From Pirellulales bacterium (GTDB taxonomy: Bacteria > Planctomycetota > Planctomycetia > Pirellulales > JAICIG01), in contig JBBDYJ010000029.1 in assembly GCA_040901675.1 (NCBI GenBank), positions 51,929 to 115,928 of the forward strand: a stretch of DNA of 64,000 nt. Direction: 5' to 3'. Below, piece after piece: positions 9,347 to 18,577 of the stretch (positions are counted from its first letter, which is position 1; each line of letters starts with the position of its first letter). Under the pieces are notes generated by a model. The model saw only the letters and a program-made list of their open reading frames with translations, ran no database searches and was not told the DNA's origin. Made by a program: the position numbers and the translations under genes.

Positions 9347-12300
9347 TTACCTGAAATCTCGCGATCGGCTGGTCAGCTCGCGCGACAGGCCGACCAGGTC
9401 TTCCAGTTTGCTCACCAGGATGTGGATCACCAGCCCCTGCCGCTGGAGCCGGCCATAAGCCAACAGGGCCGAGGCGCAAGCCGCCGCCTGGCGATAGCGC
9501 TCCCAGACGCTGGGGTGCACGATCAGGTTGGCGACGCCCGTTTCGTCCTCCAGGGTCACAAACGTGATCCCGCTGGCCGTGCCCGGACGCTGGCGGACCA
9601 GCACCAGGCCGGCGACACGCAGGAAGCGGCCCGGCGGCAGGCGGGACAGATCGGCGGCCCGGGCCACGTGGCGCTTGTCGAGCTCGGCGCGGAGGAAGGC
9701 GATCGGATGCCCCTTGAGCGATAAGCCCGCCGTGCGGTAGTCGGCCAGCACCTCCTCATACCGCCCGAGGCCGGGCAGCTCGCCGGGGCGCTGATCCGCC
9801 TGGGCCGATTCGATCCGGGCGAACAGCGGCAGTTCGGGTTCTTTCGGCTGCGACAAGGCTTGCCACAAGGCTCCGCGGCGGTCGAGATCGAGCGAGCCAA
9901 AGGCATCGGCCTTGGCCAGGCGGGCCAGCACCGCGCCGCCCAACCCCGTGCGGCGGGCAAAGTCTTCCATCGAACGAAACGGCCCTTGCCGCCGCGCTTG
10001 CTCGATGGCCATGGCATGCGTCTGGGAGAAGCCCAGGACCTGGCGAAACCCCAGGCGCAGCGCGAAGCGCGGCGGACGCTGTCCTTCGCCGGCCACGCGC
10101 TGGAACGTGCAATCCCAGTCGCTGGCATTCACATCGACCGCCAGCACCCGCACGCCGTGCTGCCGCGCATCGCGCACCAACTGGGCCGGCGCGTAGAAGC
10201 CCATCGGCTGGCTGTTGAGCAAGGCCGCGGCGAAGGCGGCCGGGTAATAGTGCTTGAGCCAGGCCGACACGTAGACCAACAGCGCGAAGCTGGCCGAGTG
10301 CGATTCGGGAAAGCCGTATTCGCCGAAGCCGCGGATCTGTTCGAACACCCGCCGGGCGTATTCTTCCGGTAGGCCGCGGCGGGTCATGCCGCCCAGCAGC
10401 TTCTGCCGGAACTCTTCGATCACTCCGGGCCGGCGCCAGCCCCCCATGGCCCGCCGGAGCTGGTCCGCCTCGCCGGGCGTGAAACCGGCCGCGACCACCG
10501 CCAGCCGCATCGCTTGTTCCTGGAAGATAGGCACGCCCAGCGTCTTCTCCAGGACCTGGCGGATCGCGTCGTTGGGAAATTCCACCGGCTCCAGCCCGCT
10601 CCGCCGCCGCAGATAGGGGTGTACCATGTTTCCCTGGATGGGTCCCGGCCGCACGATGGCCACCTCGATCACCAGGTCGTAAAACGTGCGCGGCCGCAGC
10701 CGCGGCAGCATGCTCATCTGCGCCCGGCTTTCGATCTGGAACACGCCCATGGTGTCGGCCCGGCTGACCATGGCATACACGGCCGGGTCTTCGGCCGGCA
10801 CCTGGGCCAGGCTGAGCCGGCGTCCCTCGTGCCGCTCGATCAGGTCGAAGCACTTGCGGATGGCGGTCAGCATGCCCAGCGCCAGGCAATCGACCTTGAG
10901 GATCCCCAGCTCGTCCAGGTCGTCCTTGTCCCACTGGATCACGGTCCGATCGGGCATGGCCGCGTTTTCGATCGGCACCACTTCCGAAAGCGGGCCGCGG
11001 GTGATCACCATGCCGCCCACGTGCTGCGAAAGGTGTCGTGGGAAACCGATCAACTGGCCGACGAGTGCCATCAGTTGCCGCCCGGCCTGCGAGGCGGGAT
11101 CGATTTGGGCGCCGGCCAGGCGTTGTTCGAGCCCGGCCTGGCCATGGTAGCCCTCCAGCGTTTTGGCCAGAGCGTCGAGCTTTTCCAGAGGCAAGCCGAG
11201 CGCTTTGCCCACGTCGCGCACCGCCGACCGCGGCCGATACGTGATCACCTCGGCCGCCAGCCCGGCCCGCTCGCGGCCGTACTTGTCGTAGACGTACTGC
11301 AGCACTTCCTCGCGGCGCTCGTGCTCGAAGTCGACGTCGATATCGGGGGCCTCGTTGCGTTCGCGGCTGACAAACCGCTCGAAGAGCACGTCCAGCCGCT
11401 CGGGATCGACCGAGGTCACCCCCAGGCAATAGCAGACGGCCGAGTTGGCGGCCGAGCCGCGCCCCTGGCAAAGGATGCCCCGCGAGCGGGCGAACCGCAC
11501 CAGGTCCCAGACGGTGAGAAAATAGGCCTCGTACTTCAGCTCGGCGATCAGCCGCAGCTCGTGCTCGACCAGCGAGCGCACCTTTTCCGGCACGCCGCGC
11601 GGGTAACGCAGTTGGGCGCCCTGCCAGGCCAGCCGGGCCAGGTACTCCAGCGGGCTGTCGCCGGCGGGGCAGAGCTCTTCGGGATACTCATATCGCAGCT
11701 CGTCGAGCGAAAACGTGCAGCGGCCGGCCACCTCGATCGTGCGGCGCAGAACGCCGGGCGCCCGGGCGAACAGGGCGGCCATTTCGCCGGGATGCTTCAA
11801 ATGCCGCTCGGCATTGGCAAACAACAGCTCGCCCGCCTCGGCCACGGTGCAGCCTGCACGAATGGCGGTCAACACGTCTTCCAGCGCCCGCCTCGCGGGC
11901 ACGTGGTATCGCACGTCGTTGGCAGCCGCCAGCGCCACCCGCGCCCGCCGGGCCCGGCTGACCAACTGCTCCAGCCGCCGCTGGTCGTCGGGGCCCTGGT
12001 GCAGCTCGGCCAGGGCATAGCAGCGGTCGCCGAAAACATCGCGATATGCGTGCAAGCCTCCGTCCCGATCGTCCAGGTCCGGGCCGTCCAGCACGCAGGC
12101 CAACAGTCCTTGAGAGTGCGAGGCCACGTCGTCGAACACCAGCTCGCACTGGCCCTTGGGAGCCCGCCGACGCCCCAATGTCAACAAACGCGACAGCCGG
12201 CCGTACGAGGCCCGATCGGTGGCCAACAACACCGCGGCCGCGGTGCCGGCCGGCAGCACTTCGGCCCCGATCAACAACTTGAGCCCCACTTGTTTGGCAG

Positions 12301-12529
12301 CTATGGCGGCCCGCACCACGCCGGCCAGGCTGTGCCGGTCGGTGATGGCCAGCGCGCGGTAACCCAAGGCGGCCGCCTGGGCCACCAGCTCGTCCGGGTG
12401 CGAAGCTCCTTCCAGAAAGGAGAAGTTGGTTTTGGCGTGCAGCTCGGCATAGGCGGGTCCCGTGGGATCCGTCGACGCATGATGAGCGGCCAGCGGCCGC
12501 CTTCGTTTGGAAGGAGGTAGCTCGGGCAT
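9347..12529 (-). CDS. dnaE2: Error-prone DNA polymerase III alpha subunit (ImuC)
   Basis: YAELHAKTNFSFLEGASHP, GRGSAANSAVCYCLG, PDIDVDFEHERREEV, RHLSQHVGG, GFPESH and C-terminal SRDFR. Start corrected to ATG 12529. Confidence 0.96.
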   Translation of the reverse strand: MPELPPSKRRRPLAAHHASTDPTGPAYAELHAKTNFSFLEGASHPDELVAQAAALGYRALAITDRHSLAGVVRAAIAAKQVGLKLLIGAEVLPAGTAAAVLLATDRASYGRLSRLLTLGRRRAPKGQCELVFDDVASHSQGLLACVLDGPDLDDRDGGLHAYRDVFGDRCYALAELHQGPDDQRRLEQLVSRARRARVALAAANDVRYHVPARRALEDVLTAIRAGCTVAEAGELLFANAERHLKHPGEMAALFARAPGVLRRTIEVAGRCTFSLDELRYEYPEELCPAGDSPLEYLARLAWQGAQLRYPRGVPEKVRSLVEHELRLIAELKYEAYFLTVWDLVRFARSRGILCQGRGSAANSAVCYCLGVTSVDPERLDVLFERFVSRERNEAPDIDVDFEHERREEVLQYVYDKYGRERAGLAAEVITYRPRSAVRDVGKALGLPLEKLDALAKTLEGYHGQAGLEQRLAGAQIDPASQAGRQLMALVGQLIGFPRHLSQHVGGMVITRGPLSEVVPIENAAMPDRTVIQWDKDDLDELGILKVDCLALGMLTAIRKCFDLIERHEGRRLSLAQVPAEDPAVYAMVSRADTMGVFQIESRAQMSMLPRLRPRTFYDLVIEVAIVRPGPIQGNMVHPYLRRRSGLEPVEFPNDAIRQVLEKTLGVPIFQEQAMRLAVVAAGFTPGEADQLRRAMGGWRRPGVIEEFRQKLLGGMTRRGLPEEYARRVFEQIRGFGEYGFPESHSASFALLVYVSAWLKHYYPAAFAAALLNSQPMGFYAPAQLVRDARQHGVRVLAVDVNASDWDCTFQRVAGEGQRPPRFALRLGFRQVLGFSQTHAMAIEQARRQGPFRSMEDFARRTGLGGAVLARLAKADAFGSLDLDRRGALWQALSQPKEPELPLFARIESAQADQRPGELPGLGRYEEVLADYRTAGLSLKGHPIAFLRAELDKRHVARAADLSRLPPGRFLRVAGLVLVRQRPGTASGITFVTLEDETGVANLIVHPSVWERYRQAAACASALLAYGRLQRQGLVIHILVSKLEDLVGLSRELTSRSRDFR

Positions 12530-12545
12530 GGCTTCGGATCGATCT

Positions 12546-14051
12546 TTAGTCAAATGTCCCGTGCAAAAACCACTGCCCGGCCGCGACCTGCCGGAACAGC
12601 CAGAACCATTGGCCGTTGTCGGTCTCCACGCGGTAATAATCGCGATGAATCGAGCGGCCCCGCCACCAGCCGGCCTGGATCCGTTCGGGTCCCCAACTGC
12701 GGCGGATGCGATGCTCGCGGCCCGACCAGCGAAACGCCAGCGGCGGGCCATCGGGCACCACCGAGATCACGTCCAAGGGTTCCGGCCGCGGCACCAGGCG
12801 CAGCGGGCGCGACAGCCGGCCTCGCCACGGCACAAAGGGGGCCGGCGGGCGGGCTTTGCGCCCTTTGCGCTGCCGCGGACCGGCTGGCGCGGCGGCCGCT
12901 GCTCGCCCGGCAATCCCCGAGAGCGCCTTGGCCATGCCGTGCCGGCCCGTCTTGCTCCCCGCGCGTGATGGGCCGCCGATCAAGGGCTCGTAGCGCCAGG
13001 CATATTCGGGTTGGGCCTCGGGCAGCAGCCGCGCGCGGACCACCGCCTCGCGCCCCAGCCGGCTGCTGAGGCGGTCGACCAGCAGGGCCAAAGGCCGCGG
13101 ATCGTGGCGGCGGGGGCAGGTCTCGAACAGCTCCTGCTGGCGGCATTCCAATGGGGCGCTGGCGGTCACCGCCACCCGGATCGCCGTCACTGCTTCGCGC
13201 AGCTTCACTTGCTCCAACTGCATGGCCGCCAGCTCAGCCAGGTGCCGCGCCGCGGCGGTGGGCCGGAATAGGCCGATCGGCACATCCAGCTTCCCGCTCG
13301 CACAGCGCAACGTGCATTGGAGCTGCTGGACGCCGCGGCGCTGTTCGGCCAGCTCGCCGGCGACGCGCGCCAGCAGATGTGCGAGAGCATGCTGGATCGA
13401 CTCCATCCGGTCGGCCGGCTGCTCGAAGGTCCACTCGGCCCGCGCCTGGCTGGGGGGTTGCTGCACCACGATCGGCTCGGCGAGCCGGCCGGCGGCCTGG
13501 TCCAGCCGCGCCAGCAATTCAGCGGGAAACCGCGCTGCCAGGCTGTCTCGTGAAAACGGCGGCAACTGGCCGATCTGGTTCAGCCCCAATTCCTGGAGCA
13601 ACTGCAAGGTGGGTCCGGATAAACGCAGGGCCCGCACCGTTAGCGGCGCCAAAGCGGCCGGCGATTGCCCCGCCGCCACCAGCATCGCTTCGCCGCAAAG
13701 GCGTTCGATGTGCGGTCCGCCCGGATCGCCGAAATGGGCCACGGCCCAGGCTGCCCCGACGGTGTCGGCCAAGGCAGCGCGGATTTTCAATCCGTGCCGG
13801 CGGAACTCCTGCCAGACGCATTTCAGCAGTCCGATTTCGCCGCCGAACAGCGGGCCCAAGCCGGTGGCGTCCAGCAGCAGGCTTTCCGGAGCCGGCGACT
13901 CCTCCAGGCCTACCGTGGGACTGAATTGCTCGCACCATGGGACCAGCCGCAGCAAGGCCTGCCGATCGGCAAAGCCGTCAGGCTCCCGCCGAGCGCTGCC
14001 GCCGCCCTGCTGGGGCCAGTTGGGCAGCCAGACGCACAACACCCGTTTCAT
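12546..14051 (-). CDS. imuB: ImuB, inactive Y-family polymerase-like mutasome subunit
   Basis: MKRVLCVWLPNW, FSPTVG, LLLDATG, ADTVGAAWA, GPERIQAGWW, RDYYRVE, WFLHG; lies between imuA and dnaE2. Confidence 0.9.
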   Translation of the reverse strand: MKRVLCVWLPNWPQQGGGSARREPDGFADRQALLRLVPWCEQFSPTVGLEESPAPESLLLDATGLGPLFGGEIGLLKCVWQEFRRHGLKIRAALADTVGAAWAVAHFGDPGGPHIERLCGEAMLVAAGQSPAALAPLTVRALRLSGPTLQLLQELGLNQIGQLPPFSRDSLAARFPAELLARLDQAAGRLAEPIVVQQPPSQARAEWTFEQPADRMESIQHALAHLLARVAGELAEQRRGVQQLQCTLRCASGKLDVPIGLFRPTAAARHLAELAAMQLEQVKLREAVTAIRVAVTASAPLECRQQELFETCPRRHDPRPLALLVDRLSSRLGREAVVRARLLPEAQPEYAWRYEPLIGGPSRAGSKTGRHGMAKALSGIAGRAAAAAPAGPRQRKGRKARPPAPFVPWRGRLSRPLRLVPRPEPLDVISVVPDGPPLAFRWSGREHRIRRSWGPERIQAGWWRGRSIHRDYYRVETDNGQWFWLFRQVAAGQWFLHGTFD

Positions 14052-14883
14052 CGTCGATTTCCAATTCCACCATCGAACTCGAAGCAGCTCCCCGTGCCCG
14101 CAACAACTCCACCTGCAGCCGCCTGCCGGCCTCGCCGCTTTGGGGCCGCACCAGCAGCCGCGCCTCGGCCCAGCACGGTTCGTGTCGGGCTTGTTCGGGA
14201 CGCACCAGCAGCCCCAGGCCTCCGCTGGCCTCGGCCGCCAACTGCAGCCTGCGAGCGGCCCGTTGGCTGAGCTGCCTGGTCCAGCCCAGCACGGCTCCCA
14301 GGCCCGGCGTGCGCAGCGCCTGGTCCAAGGCCCAGGTTTCATCCCGGGGCTGGTAGACCCGCACCACGATCAATCGCTCCAGATCGATGCCCGCCAGGGC
14401 GGCGGCCGGAGGATAGAACTTTTCTTCGCCATCGACGACCAGCAGGGGGCCATCGTCGCGGCAGGCCTCGCGAGCAGCGGCCAGGGCCAGGCAGGCCGCT
14501 CCGCTGGCCTCGTCGGCCGCCAGCCATTCCACCAGCGTGCCGCGCAGCAGGCCTCCGGCCGGCAGCAGGCGATCGAGCGCCGGGCAGCCGGTGGAGATCG
14601 ATGGCCCGCCCTCAGGGCGGCGCGCTCGCTCGAGGCGGCTCAACTCCTCGCGCAGCCTGGCCACGAGCTGGCTTCGCGTGTGGCGCAGGTCTCCAGCGGT
14701 GGGTGGCTGGGGCAAAGCGGTAGCGTGCCCCAGGATCTCCGGCCTCTGGTCTCCGGCGGGTGGCTGGGGCAAAGCGTTAGCGTGCCCCAGGATCTCTGGC
14801 CTCTGGTCTTTGGTGGGTGGCTGGGGCAAAGCGGTAGCGTGCCCCAGGGTCATGGTCAGCGGCAGGTTGATTTTGGGTCTCAT
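13978..14883 (-). CDS. imuA: ImuA, RecA-like mutasome subunit, with N-terminal repeat-derived extension
   Basis: ISTGCPALDRLLPAGGLLRGTLVEW, FYPPA, WALDQALR, ARRLQLAAEASG; overlaps the imuB start. Start uncertain (ATG 14883 or 14853). Confidence 0.88.
   Translation of the reverse strand: MRPKINLPLTMTLGHATALPQPPTKDQRPEILGHANALPQPPAGDQRPEILGHATALPQPPTAGDLRHTRSQLVARLREELSRLERARRPEGGPSISTGCPALDRLLPAGGLLRGTLVEWLAADEASGAACLALAAAREACRDDGPLLVVDGEEKFYPPAAALAGIDLERLIVVRVYQPRDETWALDQALRTPGLGAVLGWTRQLSQRAARRLQLAAEASGGLGLLVRPEQARHEPCWAEARLLVRPQSGEAGRRLQVELLRARGAASSSMVELEIDDETGVVRLAAQLAPAGRRQRSAGA
14701..14848 (+). repeat. Tandem array of three REP-like palindromes, 57-bp period
   Basis: GGGTGGCTGGGGCAAAGCG(G/T)TAGCGTGCCCCAGG starts at 14701, 14758 and 14815, separated by near-identical 23-bp spacers built of TCTCYGG-like heptamers. 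Confidence 0.93.
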
Positions 14884-14914
14884 GGCTTGGGCTAAAGGGG
14901 CATGCTAGCATTGA

Positions 14915-14950
14915 TGTACATTTGTATCGGTAAAGGGCCCAGCGAGTCAA
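14915..14950 (-). promoter_or_regulatory. Putative imuABC promoter with overlapping palindromic operator (candidate SOS box)
   Basis: Minus strand TTGACT-N18-TACAAA; the near-palindrome TGTACATTTGTATC (14915-14928) overlaps the -10 region. Confidence 0.45.
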
Positions 14951-15069
14951 TTGAGAAAATCCGGAGTTGGCCTGCTTAAGGAATGCAACTACTGAATTCC
15001 AAAAGGCTTGTGAGCTAACTCAGCCCAGCCCAGGACCGCATGAATGCGGATCACTACGAGCCTGCGAGC

Positions 15070-16197
15070 CTACCCGGCAGCCACCGTAAGGCTGAAGGTG
15101 CTGCCGATGCCCGGCACGCTGGTGACCGTGATGTCGCCCCCCAGCAGCTCGGCCAGCCGCTTGCTGATCGTCAGACCCAATCCCGTGCCGCCGAACCGCC
15201 GCGTAACGGAAGAGTCGGTCTGGCTGAAGGGGTAAAACAGGGCACGGATCTGCTCGGCGCTCATGCCGATGCCGGTGTCGACCACGTCGAACTGCAGCAG
15301 CGGCCCGCCCGAGGGCGGCTCGAGCAGCCGCAGCACGATGCGGACGTTGCCGTTTTCGGTGAACTTGATCGCGTTGCCGACCAGGTTGACCAGGATCTGC
15401 CGCAGCCGCAGCGCGTCGCACTGGATGATCTCGGGCACTTGTCCCTTGACCACCATGTCCAACGACAGGCCCTTGGCGTCGCTCCGCAGCCGCATCAAGG
15501 CCAGCACGTCGGCCAGGACCTGCCGCGGCGCGCAGGGGCCGATGTCGACCATGAAGCGCCCCGCCTCGATCTTCGAAAGGTCCAGCAGGTCGTTGATGAT
15601 CTCCAACAGGTACTCGCCATTGCGCTTGATCGTGTCGACGGCCTCCAGGTCGTTGGCGTCGGACAGGTTGTCGCGCAACAGGTCGGCGAAGCCCAGGATG
15701 GCCGTCATCGGCGTGCGGATCTCATGGCTCATGCTGGCCAGAAACTCGCTCTTGGCCGCGCTGGAAAGCTCCGCCATGCGGCGGGCCTCGTCGAGCCGCT
15801 GGTTCATCTCGCGCACCGCGTCGCAGTCGTCCTTGGTCCGCAGCGCCGCCTGCAGCCGTGCGGTCAGCACCCGCCGATCGAAGGGCCGGCTGATGTAGTC
15901 GTCGGCCCCGGCTTCCAGCCCGGCCAGCACGTCGTCGTGCGAGCCGCGGACCGTGACCATCACGACCGGTATGGAGCGCAACTGCTCGTCGGCCTTCAAG
16001 CGGCGGCAGACCTCCAAGCCGCTCAAGTCCGGCATGACCACGTCGAGCAGCACCAGGTCGGGCCGCTCGCATGCCACTTTTTCGAGCGCTTCCAGGCCCG
16101 AGTGCGCGCTGATCACCTGGTGCCCCTGGCGCCCCAGTTCCAGCGCCAAGAGCCTGATGTTGTCGGGATTGTCGTCGACGACCAGCACGTGGGCCAT
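15070..16197 (-). CDS. Hybrid sensor histidine kinase (REC-HisKA-HATPase)
   Basis: VLVVDDN...DLVLLDVVMP; FLASMSHEIRTPM; NLVGNAIKFT, DTGIGM, GGTGLGL. Confidence 0.92.
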   Translation of the reverse strand: MAHVLVVDDNPDNIRLLALELGRQGHQVISAHSGLEALEKVACERPDLVLLDVVMPDLSGLEVCRRLKADEQLRSIPVVMVTVRGSHDDVLAGLEAGADDYISRPFDRRVLTARLQAALRTKDDCDAVREMNQRLDEARRMAELSSAAKSEFLASMSHEIRTPMTAILGFADLLRDNLSDANDLEAVDTIKRNGEYLLEIINDLLDLSKIEAGRFMVDIGPCAPRQVLADVLALMRLRSDAKGLSLDMVVKGQVPEIIQCDALRLRQILVNLVGNAIKFTENGNVRIVLRLLEPPSGGPLLQFDVVDTGIGMSAEQIRALFYPFSQTDSSVTRRFGGTGLGLTISKRLAELLGGDITVTSVPGIGSTFSLTVAAG

Positions 16198-16523
16198 GAA
16201 GTCTGTGTTCTCCCGCGAAACGAGGATGCTCGGTAGTCTGCCAGGTCTGGTGTGGAGGTCGTAAGGGGCCGATCGAGGCAAATTTTTCAAACATAGGTTA
16301 GCGATCGGCCGCCTGCCCTCCGCATTGGGGGTGGCAAGCCGGTCGAGCTGGACCGGTTTCACCGATCGTAACGTTCAGGACGGCCGGAGCGTCGTCGCCG
16401 GAGCGGCAGGCCGCGGGCGGCCAGGCTCTCTTTTTTGTTTCCTGTTCGCCCTGCCGGGCGGTATTCTGGGGGCGCTTCGCCGGCTGGCGGCCGTTGAAAA
16501 ATCGCTTAAGAAAGGCCTACTCG

Positions 16524-17537
16524 ATGCCATCTGACTTGCACGGTGACTGGGTACGCGTCGGTTCGAACGGCTTCGGCTTCCGGGCCTTGATCGGCTGGGA
16601 GCAGTTGCCGCCGCAACGCACCTTTGTGGAAGTGGCGGGAGTCGCGACCGACAGCCAGGATCGGGTGTACGTGTTCAGCCGCGGCGCCGATCCGGTGATG
16701 GTCTTCTCGCCCGACGGCAAGTTCCAAAGCTCGTGGGGGGCTGGACTCTTCGTCCGGCCGCACGGCATCACGATCGGCCCGGACGACGGCGTGTACTGCA
16801 CGGACGATCTGGACCACACGGTCCGCAAGTTCACCACCGACGGCCGGCTGCTCATGACGCTCGGCACGAGCGGGCAAGGCAGCGAGACGGGCATTCAGGG
16901 CAACGATTACCGCACGATCCGGCGCGGCGCGCCTCCCTTCCATTGGCCGACCAACCTGGCCATCGGGCCTGACGGCATGCTGTACGTGACCGACGGGTAC
17001 GGCAATGCCCGCGTTCACAAGTTCACCCCCGACGGCCGGCTGGTGTTGTCGTGGGGCGAACCGGGCAGCGGGCCCGGCCAATTCAATCTGCCTCACGGCA
17101 TTGCCGTCGACAGCCAGGGCCGCGTCTACGTGGCCGACCGGGAAAATAGCAGGGTGCAGATCTTTTCCGGCGAAGGCCGGCTCGTTTCCGAGTGGACCGA
17201 CGTGGCCCGCCCGATGCAGGTCTGCATCGACCGGGACGACAACGTGTTCGTGAGCGAGGTAGGCTGGCACGCCGGCCTTTATCCTTGGCAACAGCCGCCG
17301 GCAGCCGATGCGCCGGCGGCACGCGTGAGCATCTTCGACAGCTCGGGCGTCGTGCGGGCGCGGTGGGGCGAAAAGGCCAATCCGTGCGCGCCCGGCAACT
17401 TCTATGCTCCGCACGACCTGTGCCTCGACACCCGCGGCGACCTCTACGTGGGCGAGGTCGTGATGTCGGCCGGCGGCAAGCAAGGCAAGGTGCCAGCCGA
17501 CTGCCACGCCCTTCAGAAGTTTGTCCGCGACCGCTGA
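16524..17537 (+). CDS. NHL-repeat beta-propeller (peptidyl-alpha-hydroxyglycine lyase-like)
   Basis: Repeated PHGI...VY..D motifs; DGYGNARVHKF; GQFNLPHGIAVD...VADRENSRVQIF. Confidence 0.88.
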   Translation: MPSDLHGDWVRVGSNGFGFRALIGWEQLPPQRTFVEVAGVATDSQDRVYVFSRGADPVMVFSPDGKFQSSWGAGLFVRPHGITIGPDDGVYCTDDLDHTVRKFTTDGRLLMTLGTSGQGSETGIQGNDYRTIRRGAPPFHWPTNLAIGPDGMLYVTDGYGNARVHKFTPDGRLVLSWGEPGSGPGQFNLPHGIAVDSQGRVYVADRENSRVQIFSGEGRLVSEWTDVARPMQVCIDRDDNVFVSEVGWHAGLYPWQQPPAADAPAARVSIFDSSGVVRARWGEKANPCAPGNFYAPHDLCLDTRGDLYVGEVVMSAGGKQGKVPADCHALQKFVRDR

Positions 17538-17625
17538 ATCTTCCAGCACGGCCCGGAGTCGCTTAGAATAGGTGCGCAAACACCTCCATTCCAACGGGGC
17601 GATGCTCCTGGGAGGTCTGCCTGCC

Positions 17626-18102
17626 ATGAGTAGCCAGACGGTCGGCCGCCCGATGGAGATTCTTCTCGTCGAGGACGGCCTGGTGGATGCGCGGGTCACG
17701 ATCAGCGCCTTGCAAAAGGGGCAAGTGCAGCACCGCTTGACCTTGGTCCGCGACGGCGCCGAGGCGATGGATTTCCTGCACCGGATGGGCCATTTCGCCC
17801 GCGCTCCCCGGCCCGACCTGGTCTTGCTCGATCTGCACCTGCCCAAGAAAGACGGACTCGAAGTCTTGGCGGAGGTCAAGGCCGACCCATCGCTCAAGTC
17901 GATTCCGCTGGTCGTGCTGACCGCCTCCGAGGCCAGCGCGGACCGCGCCCGGTGCGAACAACTGGGCGTGAACAGCTACATCACCAAGCCGGTCGACCTC
18001 GACAAGTTCCTGGCCGTCGTCCGCGACCTCAGGCACCACTGGCACGCCGACCTGATCCTGCCGCTCGGCAAGGAGGAAAGTGGAAGGAGGAAGGAGGAGT
18101 GA
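17626..18102 (+). CDS. Single-domain response regulator (Rcp1-like)
   Basis: EILLVED, PDLVLLDLHLPKKDG, IPLVVLTAS, NSYITKP; GGAGG upstream. Confidence 0.9.
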   Translation: MSSQTVGRPMEILLVEDGLVDARVTISALQKGQVQHRLTLVRDGAEAMDFLHRMGHFARAPRPDLVLLDLHLPKKDGLEVLAEVKADPSLKSIPLVVLTASEASADRARCEQLGVNSYITKPVDLDKFLAVVRDLRHHWHADLILPLGKEESGRRKEE

Positions 18103-18185
18103 ACACGACAAGGGGACACGGGGCACGACAGACGAACGAGGGCCGGCTCCACGGCCTGATCGCCTTGTCCCCTTGTCCCCTTGTC
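18077..18185. repeat. Short tandem repeats (GAAGGAG heptamer; inverted GACAAGGG/CCTTGTCC octamers) between convergent genes, possible bidirectional terminator
   Basis: GGAAGGAGGAAGGAGGA near 18082; GACAAGGGGACACGGGG at 18107 is complementary to CCTTGTCCCCTTGTCCCCTTGTC at 18163-18185. Confidence 0.65.
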
Positions 18186-18189
18186 GGCT

Positions 18190-18399
18190 TTAGGCCTCGG
18201 TGACCTCGACATCGATGTGCCGGTACGACTCGCCCGTGCAGGGGCATAGCTCGAGCCGGTAGCGCAGCTCGTTCTTCATTTTTTCCAGCGTATCGTCCCG
18301 GCTGGCTGCCTGGACCTCCACTTGGCCCAGGTCCTTGCTCGAATGCCGCGCCAGCCAATTGCCGCCGGGCCCTCGCTCGATCGTACAGGGAAATCGCAT
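18190..18399 (-). CDS. Small hypothetical protein (possible HicB-N-like fold, CPC motif)
   Basis: 69 aa with AGGAA upstream; beta-beta-beta-alpha-like pattern and ELCPC. Confidence 0.65.
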   Translation of the reverse strand: MRFPCTIERGPGGNWLARHSSKDLGQVEVQAASRDDTLEKMKNELRYRLELCPCTGESYRHIDVEVTEA

Positions 18400-18577
18400 G
18401 GCTGTTTCCTTGGCCGTAAAGCTTCCGCTCGAATCCGCCTAAGCTCGCAACAATCTGATTATTACCCCGCTGTCCGGCAGGTCCAGCGGTGTCGGGTACA
18501 GTACGCTAGAATGCCGGCCTGGCCGGAGTTGCCCGGACCTGTATGTCGTGATGATTGAAAGGGGAGATCGAATTTCG

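Noticed and set aside
12530..12751. Long N-terminal extension of DnaE2 (and similar extensions of ImuB, CoxM-like and CitG ORFs in the track)
   Set aside because: These come from the ORF caller choosing the first possible start; they overlap neighbouring genes or promoter regions and lack family similarity.
14701..14848. CRISPR array (34-bp palindromic repeat with 23-bp spacers)
   Set aside because: The spacers are near-identical to each other, there are no cas genes, and the repeat occurs singly elsewhere; this fits a REP-type tandem array.
15020..15075. Truncation of the hybrid kinase after the HATPase domain
   Set aside because: REC-HisKA-HATPase is a complete, common architecture and no receiver remnant is visible downstream.
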